DNA of 39,847 bases, from positions 1 through 39,847 of the IMG/VR virus record IMGVR_UViG_3300031228_000003. One strand, written 5' to 3'. Below the pieces are notes generated by a model. The model was not told the DNA's origin and did no database searches. It worked only from the letters and a program-made list of their open reading frames with translations. The translations under genes and the position numbers were made by a program. Each line of letters opens with the position of its first letter. Within the stretch, counting starts at the first letter, position 1. The stretch comes from a virus. Positions 32,780-39,660 of the stretch are shown here, one piece after another.

Positions 32780-34177
32780 ATGCCGAAGGCAAAGACCGCA
32801 ACCAAGACCAAATCAACCAAGACAAAAACCGCAAAACCGGAGGGGGGAGAACCGACAACGAAGAAAGATAATTTGACCGACGCACAACGGGGGGCGATGG
32901 AGGAACTGCAATCTATCGGAGCGGAAACCCCGACCCGTAGCAGTGCGGCGCACGGGTACGTAATTCAAATGAATTCCATCGAACCGCAACGGGTGCCACT
33001 GGGAACGATATTCTACCATCCCGGCCGTGATCCGCTAATGACCACCCGAAAAATTACACAGACACGGGTAGGGTTCGATAAGGAGTATGCAGTGGAGGAG
33101 CTGGCCCCGTTTCTCCTGGAAGATCCGAATTTTGACTTCCCGGCAATTCAGATGATATATAATCCGGATACGGGATTGACGTACATAGCCGACGGATTCC
33201 ACCGGCTAACCGCTTACCAGCATGTAGGACGGGAGACAATCCCCGTACGTCTGGCACTTGGAACCGAGGAAGATGCGATTAAGGTGGCGACCGGAGCGAA
33301 TGCAGAACACGGTCGACGTCGCACCCGTCAGGATATACGCAAGGCCGTAACTATGCTTTTGCAGAATCCTGAATTCGCCAAGCGGTCCGATACGTATATA
33401 GCGAATTGCGCTAAGGTGTCGCAGCCTTTCGTCGGCAAGATGAGGAAGGAAATTTTCGGAGACGATACACCGACCGAGCGTATCGGCACGGACGGCAAAA
33501 CGCACAAGGTTAGTACGACTCCGGTCGGATCGAAACCGAGCAAAGCGAAAGAGCCGGACGTAATCGAGACACGACCGGAGAATAAATACATTACCGAAGA
33601 TGCCAACGGGGATATTCTCCCGGACCACCTACAGCGTGTGTTCACGTGCGGCAAAGATGTTGCCGCAAAGGTGAGTGAACTGAAACGGTCGGCAAAGGCA
33701 CTAACGGAAATTGTCTCCGCTTATCAGAGCGAAGACAACGAAGGAACGCTATATGCTCCGATCGTTGACGGAATCGAAACCGCACTCAAGCAGATTAATT
33801 CTGCACTGAACCGGCTGAACCGGGAGTCACTTCCGAAGTACATTTCCCCGTACACGAAGGGACGGGAGAACGAAATGTATCCCGACTCGGAGGAACATCT
33901 TGCACCCGTCGAAGGGTATGAGTATCCGGACGGGACACGGGTAAATATCGGATGGGTTTCCGATACGCAGTATAAGGAATCCCCCGAAGATCTTCGTAAC
34001 GATCCGGATCTATTGCATTACGACTATGATTTCGGAACGGAGGAAGTGGGGGATGAGGAAGCCGACGACGTCGGCACGGTAGAGGAAGGGGAAGAGATTG
34101 AGGTCGAAGCCGATCCGGACCTTATGCAGGATTCCCCGGATGAAGAGGAAGAGCCAGCGATAAACGCATTTGCGTAG
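32780..34177 (+). CDS. ParB-like N-terminal domain protein with acidic C-terminal tail
   Basis: ParB/Srx-type motif YIADGFHRLTAYQHVGRETIPV is followed by ATGANAEHGRRRTRQDIRKAV and an HTH-like segment. The N-terminus is lysine-rich and the C-terminus is strongly acidic. Confidence 0.7.
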   Translation: MPKAKTATKTKSTKTKTAKPEGGEPTTKKDNLTDAQRGAMEELQSIGAETPTRSSAAHGYVIQMNSIEPQRVPLGTIFYHPGRDPLMTTRKITQTRVGFDKEYAVEELAPFLLEDPNFDFPAIQMIYNPDTGLTYIADGFHRLTAYQHVGRETIPVRLALGTEEDAIKVATGANAEHGRRRTRQDIRKAVTMLLQNPEFAKRSDTYIANCAKVSQPFVGKMRKEIFGDDTPTERIGTDGKTHKVSTTPVGSKPSKAKEPDVIETRPENKYITEDANGDILPDHLQRVFTCGKDVAAKVSELKRSAKALTEIVSAYQSEDNEGTLYAPIVDGIETALKQINSALNRLNRESLPKYISPYTKGRENEMYPDSEEHLAPVEGYEYPDGTRVNIGWVSDTQYKESPEDLRNDPDLLHYDYDFGTEEVGDEEADDVGTVEEGEEIEVEADPDLMQDSPDEEEEPAINAFA

Positions 34178-34190
34178 CACGGGACCCCGT

Positions 34191-34210
34191 AGGGTATAAC
34201 GTTATACCCT
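34191..34210. repeat. PAL copy AGGGT-ATAACGTTAT-ACCCT (20-bp perfect palindrome, arms inverted relative to the majority form)
   Basis: Exact core. Confidence 0.9.
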
Positions 34211-34269
34211 TGCCACGGTACTCTACGGGGTTTCACCCCATAAACACAAATCACACAGACGAGAAAACA

Positions 34270-35187
34270 ATGGCAACGAAAAAGGCGACGGAACAGACGG
34301 CGAATATTTACGAACGAATTTCCAAGGTGCAAGCGGAGGTTACATCCGTTCCGAAAAAAGGGAGGAACAAACATTTCGGTTACGACTATCACAAAGAGTC
34401 CGATATACTTAACGCAATTCGCGCACCCCTGCAACGGCACGGGGTAGCGGTCACGGTAACCGAGGATAGCGTAAAAATCGAGAACGGGATTCTTTACGGG
34501 ACGATTCAGGTACGTTATACCAACGTGGAGGAACCGGAAGATTTTATTCTCCAGCGTTGGACGTGCGGAGCTTCGACAATTCTTTCAGCCGAAAAGGGGA
34601 CGTTAGACGATAAGGCAACCGCAAAGGCATTTACGGGAGCGGTGAAACAGGCGGTTGCAAAGATGTTCGGCATTACGGACGATGTAGATAACGACCTGGA
34701 TGGGGAAGGGTACGCAAAACAGACGACCCCCGTAGAACCCCGTAGTGAGAATAAAACTACAGGGGGGGTATCCGGACAAGGGGCAGTACATAAAAACACC
34801 GTGACGACCAAGGAAACCGCCAAAAACGGCAATGCTCCGGAGCGATCGGACCCCTATACTCCCGATAAGATAGCGGCACTCATTCAGAAAATCGGGTCGG
34901 ACCCGAAATATTCCGAGTCCGCGAACAAGGATGACGTCTGGAAATTGTACACGGCACTTACGTATCAGGTATTTCCCGGCAAGAAAAACCGGGAGGTCGC
35001 AGAGAATCAAACCCGTCTGTTGATTTACTGCCTGACGGGGCAACGGACAACCGACACATTGACGAAGGGGCATATAGCGGGAATATACAATTGGTTGAAG
35101 TTCGACGGGAAGGATATACCGATAGACAACCCGATAATCAAAGCTGAACTTAGGGCATGCTATGACAAGTGGGAACTCGGAAAGTGA
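34270..35187 (+). CDS. ERF-family single-strand annealing protein
   Basis: IYERISKVQAEVTSVPKKGRNKHFGYDYHKESDILNAIRAPLQRHG parallels P22 Erf FYARLAEIQEHLNAPKNQYNSFGKYKYRSCEDILEGVKPLLKG. AFTGAVKQAVAKMFGITDD parallels ATSSYARKYCLNGLFGIDD. ATG 34270 is chosen because the 34210 start lies inside a PAL copy. Confidence 0.75.
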   Translation: MATKKATEQTANIYERISKVQAEVTSVPKKGRNKHFGYDYHKESDILNAIRAPLQRHGVAVTVTEDSVKIENGILYGTIQVRYTNVEEPEDFILQRWTCGASTILSAEKGTLDDKATAKAFTGAVKQAVAKMFGITDDVDNDLDGEGYAKQTTPVEPRSENKTTGGVSGQGAVHKNTVTTKETAKNGNAPERSDPYTPDKIAALIQKIGSDPKYSESANKDDVWKLYTALTYQVFPGKKNREVAENQTRLLIYCLTGQRTTDTLTKGHIAGIYNWLKFDGKDIPIDNPIIKAELRACYDKWELGK

Positions 35188-35518
35188 CGGACTATACAAC
35201 ACGCAGGATGCAGCCGACATAGTAACCCGGTTAACGCACACAACAGAAACGAGATACGAAGTCGATGCCGAATGGGTACGGGTTGCAGTATCCGGCAAGC
35301 GATACCAGACGACGAAGGGGAGCAAGCGTTATGCATACCAGTGCGTACCCCTCCTTAAAGAGAACCGAGATTACATACGGAAGGGGAGGAAAATATACTT
35401 GACGGTGGAGGGGATAGATAGGATGGTGCGGAAACGGTCGGAGCAATTATCCGCATTCCGTGCCGGTCGGAAACCATCACGGGGACGATACCGACGAGTA
35501 CAGGACGGGGACGAGTAG
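35162..35518 (+). CDS. hypothetical basic protein (possible HTH DNA-binding)
   Basis: 118-aa ORF with a 26-nt overlap with the ERF gene. The TAG stop abuts PAL 35518..35535. Confidence 0.5.
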   Translation: MTSGNSESDGLYNTQDAADIVTRLTHTTETRYEVDAEWVRVAVSGKRYQTTKGSKRYAYQCVPLLKENRDYIRKGRKIYLTVEGIDRMVRKRSEQLSAFRAGRKPSRGRYRRVQDGDE

Positions 35519-35535
35519 CCCATAACGTTATGGGC
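35518..35535. repeat. PAL copy GCCC-ATAACGTTAT-GGGC
   Basis: Exact. It shares its G with the TAG stop of gene 35162..35518. Confidence 0.9.
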
Positions 35536-35538
35536 TGA

Positions 35539-35561
35539 CCCTCGAAATTTCAACAGAATCA
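35539..35561 (+). promoter_or_regulatory. CCCTC-box copy CCCTCGAAATTTCAACAGAATCA
   Basis: It follows PAL 35518..35535 and lies upstream of gene 35578. Confidence 0.55.
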
Positions 35562-35577
35562 CACATTGGGGGAAGCG

Positions 35578-35793
35578 ATGAACGAAGAAATCACAGTTGC
35601 CGGTCGGTTTACGATAGTCGAGCGTTCAGGCGATACGCTCAAAGTAACACGCACATTCCCGCACCTTGAATTTACGTACGCTTCGAAAGCTATTGAATTC
35701 GTCCGGTTCGCAGAGCGGACCGGGATAGCGAAACCGGGGAAACGATATTTCATTAAATCAATGACGGGGAACCGTCGGGGGAACGGGCAATGA
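35578..35793 (+). CDS. hypothetical protein
   Basis: ATG 35578 follows a GGGGGAAG Shine-Dalgarno. The track start TTG 35566 is less likely. Confidence 0.5.
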   Translation: MNEEITVAGRFTIVERSGDTLKVTRTFPHLEFTYASKAIEFVRFAERTGIAKPGKRYFIKSMTGNRRGNGQ

Positions 35794-36098
35794 AAGAAGA
35801 AACGGAAACCTGCGATTGCATGAAATGCAAACTTCGAAGGGGTGAACAATTATCGGAAATCGAAATCGCGGCAACGTGCCACGCTCTGGACATGGCACGG
35901 GAGGGGGTACAAAGTGACGATCAAAGAGCAATTCTTGCCTTACTCGTCCGGGAGTATGGACCGTTTACCCTCCACATTCCAAAGGCTCTGAATGCCACGG
36001 TGGGAGTAGAGTTCAAGCTGTTAGACGTAGACGACAAGGGGGCAAGGGTACGGGTATCAACAACAGATATTTCAATCGGAGGACACAGTGTCAATTAA
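35790..36098 (+). CDS. hypothetical protein
   Basis: 102-aa ORF with an ATGA overlap with the upstream gene. Confidence 0.55.
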   Translation: MKEETETCDCMKCKLRRGEQLSEIEIAATCHALDMAREGVQSDDQRAILALLVREYGPFTLHIPKALNATVGVEFKLLDVDDKGARVRVSTTDISIGGHSVN

Positions 36099-36357
36099 GC
36101 TGAACGACATAGCAAAGGCGATAACCGAGCGGGAAGGGGGGAAGGAGGAGGTTAATATTGCGCAGGTTAACGATGTGTTGGTAGCGTTGCGGGATCTTAT
36201 AGAGGAGTCGATAGCGGAACCCGATGTTATCGGAATGGAACCCGACGATATACTCGAAACGATTACGGGGATTCCGTGCGTACGCGCCATTGATGAATAC
36301 GGGGAACTGTTGGAGTTAGACGTAACCGAATTCCGGAACAGGAAGGTAACTACGTAG
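36088..36357 (+). CDS. hypothetical acidic protein
   Basis: GTG start preceded by a GGAGGA Shine-Dalgarno. 89 aa. Confidence 0.5.
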   Translation: MSIKLNDIAKAITEREGGKEEVNIAQVNDVLVALRDLIEESIAEPDVIGMEPDDILETITGIPCVRAIDEYGELLELDVTEFRNRKVTT

Positions 36358-36393
36358 CGACGGGGGACCGTCAAGGGGAAGCGGGAAACCAAA

Positions 36394-38034
36394 ATGTCAA
36401 ATCACACACAGACGGTTTACGACCTACGGGGATACCAGACAAAGGCATCCGATAGTATACTATCGGATTTATCCGACGTCGATAGTGCGCTACTCGTTGC
36501 CGCTACGGGATCAGGTAAGACCGTGATATACAGCGAGGTTGTACGGCGATACCTTGCAGAGCACGGGGGGCGTGCTCTGGTTCTTGCTCCACAATTTCGA
36601 CTACTGGAACAGGGGCGCAAGGCGTTAAACGATTTTGCGGGATTCGGTATCGGGTCGATCGGGTACGAATCCGGAGACCATCACCTGAACCCTCGTCACA
36701 TTCCGAAGATCGTTTTATCTACGCTCGACACAATGCGGAACCGGCTCGACAAGTTCGACCCGGATACGTTCCGGATTATGATTATCGACGAAGCGGATTA
36801 CGCAACACCCGGAACATGGACGATCCGAAAGTATTTCGATTCGGCTAAAGCATTAGGGGTAACCGCAACAACGAAGCGAACCGATAACCTTAAGCTGTTG
36901 GGGAGCGGTTGTTATGATACCATCTCCGACGTAATCGAAATCCGGGACCTGATAGAAGAGGGGTACTTGGTTCCGATACAACAGAACTTTGTCGATACTG
37001 CTACGATCAATCTGGAAGGGGTGAAGGTAACCGCGAAAGGTGATTTCAAAGAGGATGAATTAGACGCGATAATGATTCAGGAGCAATCCGTTTTAGAGGT
37101 TGCGCAAATTGCTATCAACGAATCCGGCACCCGTCCGACGTTGATATTCTGTTCATCCGTCGAGCACTCCGAACGGGTGGCGTCGAGTATAAACAATCAT
37201 CTTCCGGGATATGCTGCAAGCGTATCGGGAGCGGATAAGGATCAGGAATATAACATTGGCCGTTTCAAGCGAGGGGATATACAGTACCTATGCAATTGCA
37301 TGCTGTTGACGAGGGGGGCGGATATGCCGCACGTGTCGCACTTGGTTATGGCACGTCCGACAAAATCCACGTCGCTATATACGCAGATGGTAGGACGTGG
37401 AACGCGCCTGCTCGGGCGCGACTATGTCGAGAGTATGGCAAACGGGAAAACTGATCTACTCGTTACCGACATTGTCGGTGTCAGCCATCAACATAAACTA
37501 ACGACGGTGATAGATATACTATCACCCGGATCGTCTCCGGAGTCAATCGAGGAAGCGATACGCAACGCTCGAAAGAATGGTTCTCGCAGTGCGGTTGATA
37601 TAGCGAAAGACGCCGAACGTCTGACAGCCGAAGCCGAAGCACGTGCAAAGCTGAAAGCCAAGGGGGCGCAATACACGAAAACGGCCGTCGATCCATTCGC
37701 AGTTATGGGCATTCGAAAGCCGGTCGCCTATGGGCTACCAATGACGGAGGGACAGGAAAGAGCACTAAGGAATTTCAAGGTTCCGGAGGATGTACTATCG
37801 ACACTCGACAAACGGCAAGCGGGGAAGCTTATTCAATCCCTTATTGAAGGGATCAACAAGGGAAGTGCAACACTGAAACAGAAAACACTACTTCGAAAGT
37901 ACGGACTGTTGAAGGACGGGGAAGATATATCCTTTGATGCAGCGGGAGACGTGATTACGATAATCAGCCGGAATAACTGGAGGTTGCAGGGGGTAGAGTT
38001 CGAAGTTCATGCAGCGATGTCGGAGCAAGTATAG
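36394..38034 (+). CDS. SF2 DEAD/DEAH-box helicase
   Basis: Motif I AATGSGKT, motif II IIDEAD, motif III VTAT and motif VI QMVGRGTR are present. Confidence 0.85.
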   Translation: MSNHTQTVYDLRGYQTKASDSILSDLSDVDSALLVAATGSGKTVIYSEVVRRYLAEHGGRALVLAPQFRLLEQGRKALNDFAGFGIGSIGYESGDHHLNPRHIPKIVLSTLDTMRNRLDKFDPDTFRIMIIDEADYATPGTWTIRKYFDSAKALGVTATTKRTDNLKLLGSGCYDTISDVIEIRDLIEEGYLVPIQQNFVDTATINLEGVKVTAKGDFKEDELDAIMIQEQSVLEVAQIAINESGTRPTLIFCSSVEHSERVASSINNHLPGYAASVSGADKDQEYNIGRFKRGDIQYLCNCMLLTRGADMPHVSHLVMARPTKSTSLYTQMVGRGTRLLGRDYVESMANGKTDLLVTDIVGVSHQHKLTTVIDILSPGSSPESIEEAIRNARKNGSRSAVDIAKDAERLTAEAEARAKLKAKGAQYTKTAVDPFAVMGIRKPVAYGLPMTEGQERALRNFKVPEDVLSTLDKRQAGKLIQSLIEGINKGSATLKQKTLLRKYGLLKDGEDISFDAAGDVITIISRNNWRLQGVEFEVHAAMSEQV

Positions 38035-38058
38035 ACGAATATTTATTTTCGACAAGTG

Positions 38059-38087
38059 TTGTACGATCGTAGTAATTAACGTATATT
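38059..38087 (+). promoter_or_regulatory. sigma70-like promoter candidate overlapping an operator-like palindrome
   Basis: TTGTAC (38059..38064), a 17-nt spacer, then TATATT (38082..38087). The palindrome TACGATCGTA at 38062..38071 overlaps the -35 element and spacer. Confidence 0.4.
38061..38074. promoter_or_regulatory. operator-like palindrome copy (GTACGATCGTAGTA)
   Basis: It shares the 13-mer TACGATCGTAGTA with 30689..30701. Confidence 0.5.
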
Positions 38088-38098
38088 GGGGTTTGGAA

Positions 38099-38395
38099 AT
38101 GGCAAATACATTTCACGTCGGGATATTGAACGCGGATGGGTTTCAAGGGGTAGGTGAGAACCTAAAGTTAGCGTGGGCGGATTACGAGCCAGATAATCCC
38201 GGCGTACTATACTTAACAGAGATTACCGGTCGGAAACATTTGAACCTGATCTTGTCGGGTGCGTATTCGAATCGGGGGTTCTGGACTCGCCTTACTCCGG
38301 AAGCTGCAACCGAAGCGTATCGGGATGGTCGATACGACGACCGGTTTATATGGGACGATGAAACGCAATCAATCGGACTGAATGATACACGGTGA
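38099..38395 (+). CDS. hypothetical protein
   Basis: In-frame ATG 38099 (MANTFHVG) of track ORF 38009..38395. The longer start would overlap the helicase gene. Confidence 0.55.
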   Translation: MANTFHVGILNADGFQGVGENLKLAWADYEPDNPGVLYLTEITGRKHLNLILSGAYSNRGFWTRLTPEAATEAYRDGRYDDRFIWDDETQSIGLNDTR

Positions 38396-38403
38396 AAAAT
38401 TAT

Positions 38404-38652
38404 ATGCACATAGTTGACGAGTCCGAACTACGGGACGTGGCGACCCGGTTAGTGAAAGAGGCCGGGGGGGTTCGCCTTGCAGGTAAGCAGACGGGTTACG
38501 CAACGAACACAATATACAACGCACTGAACCCGGCTAACGAAGTGTCGCGACACAGAGCAATTCTGATAAACCTGATTGCGTACCTGACACGGGGAAGCGT
38601 TTCCACACAGTACGCAATCCGGACAACTGAATCGAGCCTTAAGGTTCGATAG
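38404..38652 (+). CDS. putative HTH DNA-binding protein
   Basis: ATG 38404 follows GGTGA (GTG 38392 is an alternative start). AGKQTGYATNTIYNAL is HTH-like. The TAG stop abuts PAL 38652..38669. Confidence 0.5.
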   Translation: MHIVDESELRDVATRLVKEAGGVRLAGKQTGYATNTIYNALNPANEVSRHRAILINLIAYLTRGSVSTQYAIRTTESSLKVR

Positions 38653-38669
38653 CCCATAACGTTATGGGG
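38652..38669. repeat. PAL copy GCCC-ATAACGTTAT-GGGG
   Basis: Exact core. It shares its G with the TAG stop of gene 38404..38652. Confidence 0.9.
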
Positions 38670-38694
38670 TCAAACACAAATCACGGGAGAGAAG

Positions 38695-39078
38695 ATGAAA
38701 GAGAAACGGAAGATCGAAAAGCGAGATATGGTAGTTGCCGTATTCAGTCATTTCGGTTTAGATACAAACACGACGTCATTTGATCCAAGCGGACGGGATG
38801 CAGATAGGGCAATTGATGGATTGCGGACGATTGCGGAAAAGTACGGTCTGGAATTGCGCTTTGATCGGGAGAAGCAGCCTATGATCTGCGCAGGTGAAAC
38901 CATCTTGTTCGATCCGGACGAAGCGGAATTACCGGGGGATCGGGACACAGAGGAAGAACCGCTATACATTACCGAGCGTGGAGAGGTTGCGATAAAACCG
39001 AATTACTCTGCGCGGTTGACAATCGAAGCGGGTCCCGACGGAGACGACGAAACGATTCTAAGGATCGTAAGGGCATAA
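38695..39078 (+). CDS. hypothetical acidic protein
   Basis: 127-aa ORF with a GGGAGAG Shine-Dalgarno. The TAA stop lies inside PAL 39071..39088. Confidence 0.55.
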   Translation: MKEKRKIEKRDMVVAVFSHFGLDTNTTSFDPSGRDADRAIDGLRTIAEKYGLELRFDREKQPMICAGETILFDPDEAELPGDRDTEEEPLYITERGEVAIKPNYSARLTIEAGPDGDDETILRIVRA

Positions 39079-39088
39079 CGTTATGGGG
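39071..39088. repeat. PAL copy GGGC-ATAACGTTAT-GGGG
   Basis: Exact core. It contains the TAA stop of gene 38695..39078. Confidence 0.9.
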
Positions 39089-39111
39089 TCGGAACAAAAC
39101 GGGGAATCGTG

Positions 39112-39450
39112 ATGAAGAGGATTCACAGGATGGTTAAGAACAGGAGCTTTACGGTTATATCGAATGAAGTTTTTCAGGATAAGCGTTTATCGTGGAAAGC
39201 CCGGGCCATACTTGCCTATCTACTGACAAAGCCGGACGATTGGGAATTGAGCATAGCCGACTTAGTTAAGCAGAGCGGGAAGGACGGCAGGGATTCGGTT
39301 CGAGCTGGATTGAGGGAATTACAGGAGTTGGGTTACATGGTATTCGAACAGAGCCGGGATAAGCGGGGTCGGAAGGGATTGGGGGCGTGGACTATTTACG
39401 AGAGTCCCGTTCTGAATCCAAGGGTAACCCCCTCAAAGGGGAGCGATTAA
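39112..39450 (+). CDS. winged-helix replication initiator / DnaD-N-like protein (putative)
   Basis: The pattern FTVISNEVFQDKRLSWKARAILAYLLTKPDDWELSIADLVKQSGKDGRDSVRAGLRELQELGYM is typical of phage and plasmid replication-organiser wHTH domains as recalled. Confidence 0.55.
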   Translation: MKRIHRMVKNRSFTVISNEVFQDKRLSWKARAILAYLLTKPDDWELSIADLVKQSGKDGRDSVRAGLRELQELGYMVFEQSRDKRGRKGLGAWTIYESPVLNPRVTPSKGSD

Positions 39451-39458
39451 ATTCACCA

Positions 39459-39498
39459 CCGGTTACGGAACAACCGTAAACGGGTAATCCGTAACCGG
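39459..39498 (+). terminator. hairpin after the initiator-like gene
   Basis: CCGGTTACGG (39459..39468) pairs with CCGTAACCGG (39489..39498). There is no T tract. Confidence 0.45.
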
Positions 39499-39499
39499 C

Positions 39500-39660
39500 T
39501 AATCCCGAACTACTAAATACTGAGGGATATACTAAAGACTGAAGTACTACTCTTCTTCTCTTACTGTACTTGAATTCTATATTCTCAGAGTATTCTCTTT
39601 CCGTTAAATACGGAAGCGCGCTGCGCCGAATTTTCAAAATTTCAAAGACTCGAAAATCCG
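39500..39660. other. AT-rich repeat-bearing region, replication origin candidate
   Basis: GC content is visibly lower here. ACTAAATACT/ACTAAAGACT lie at 39512 and 39531, TATTCTC x2 at 39580 and 39591, and TTTCAAA/TTCAAA at 39631 and 39641. The region is directly downstream of the initiator-like gene. Confidence 0.35.

Noticed and set aside
73-39088. PAL array as a CRISPR array
   Set aside because: Spacing between copies ranges from 26 bp to several kb and the intervening segments are genes. The repeats are 16-20 bp perfect palindromes on both transcription units. No cas genes or leader are present.
73-39088. PAL copies as MITEs or IS remnants
   Set aside because: The conserved unit is only 16-20 bp. 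It has no internal sequence, no target-site duplications and no transposase anywhere in the genome.
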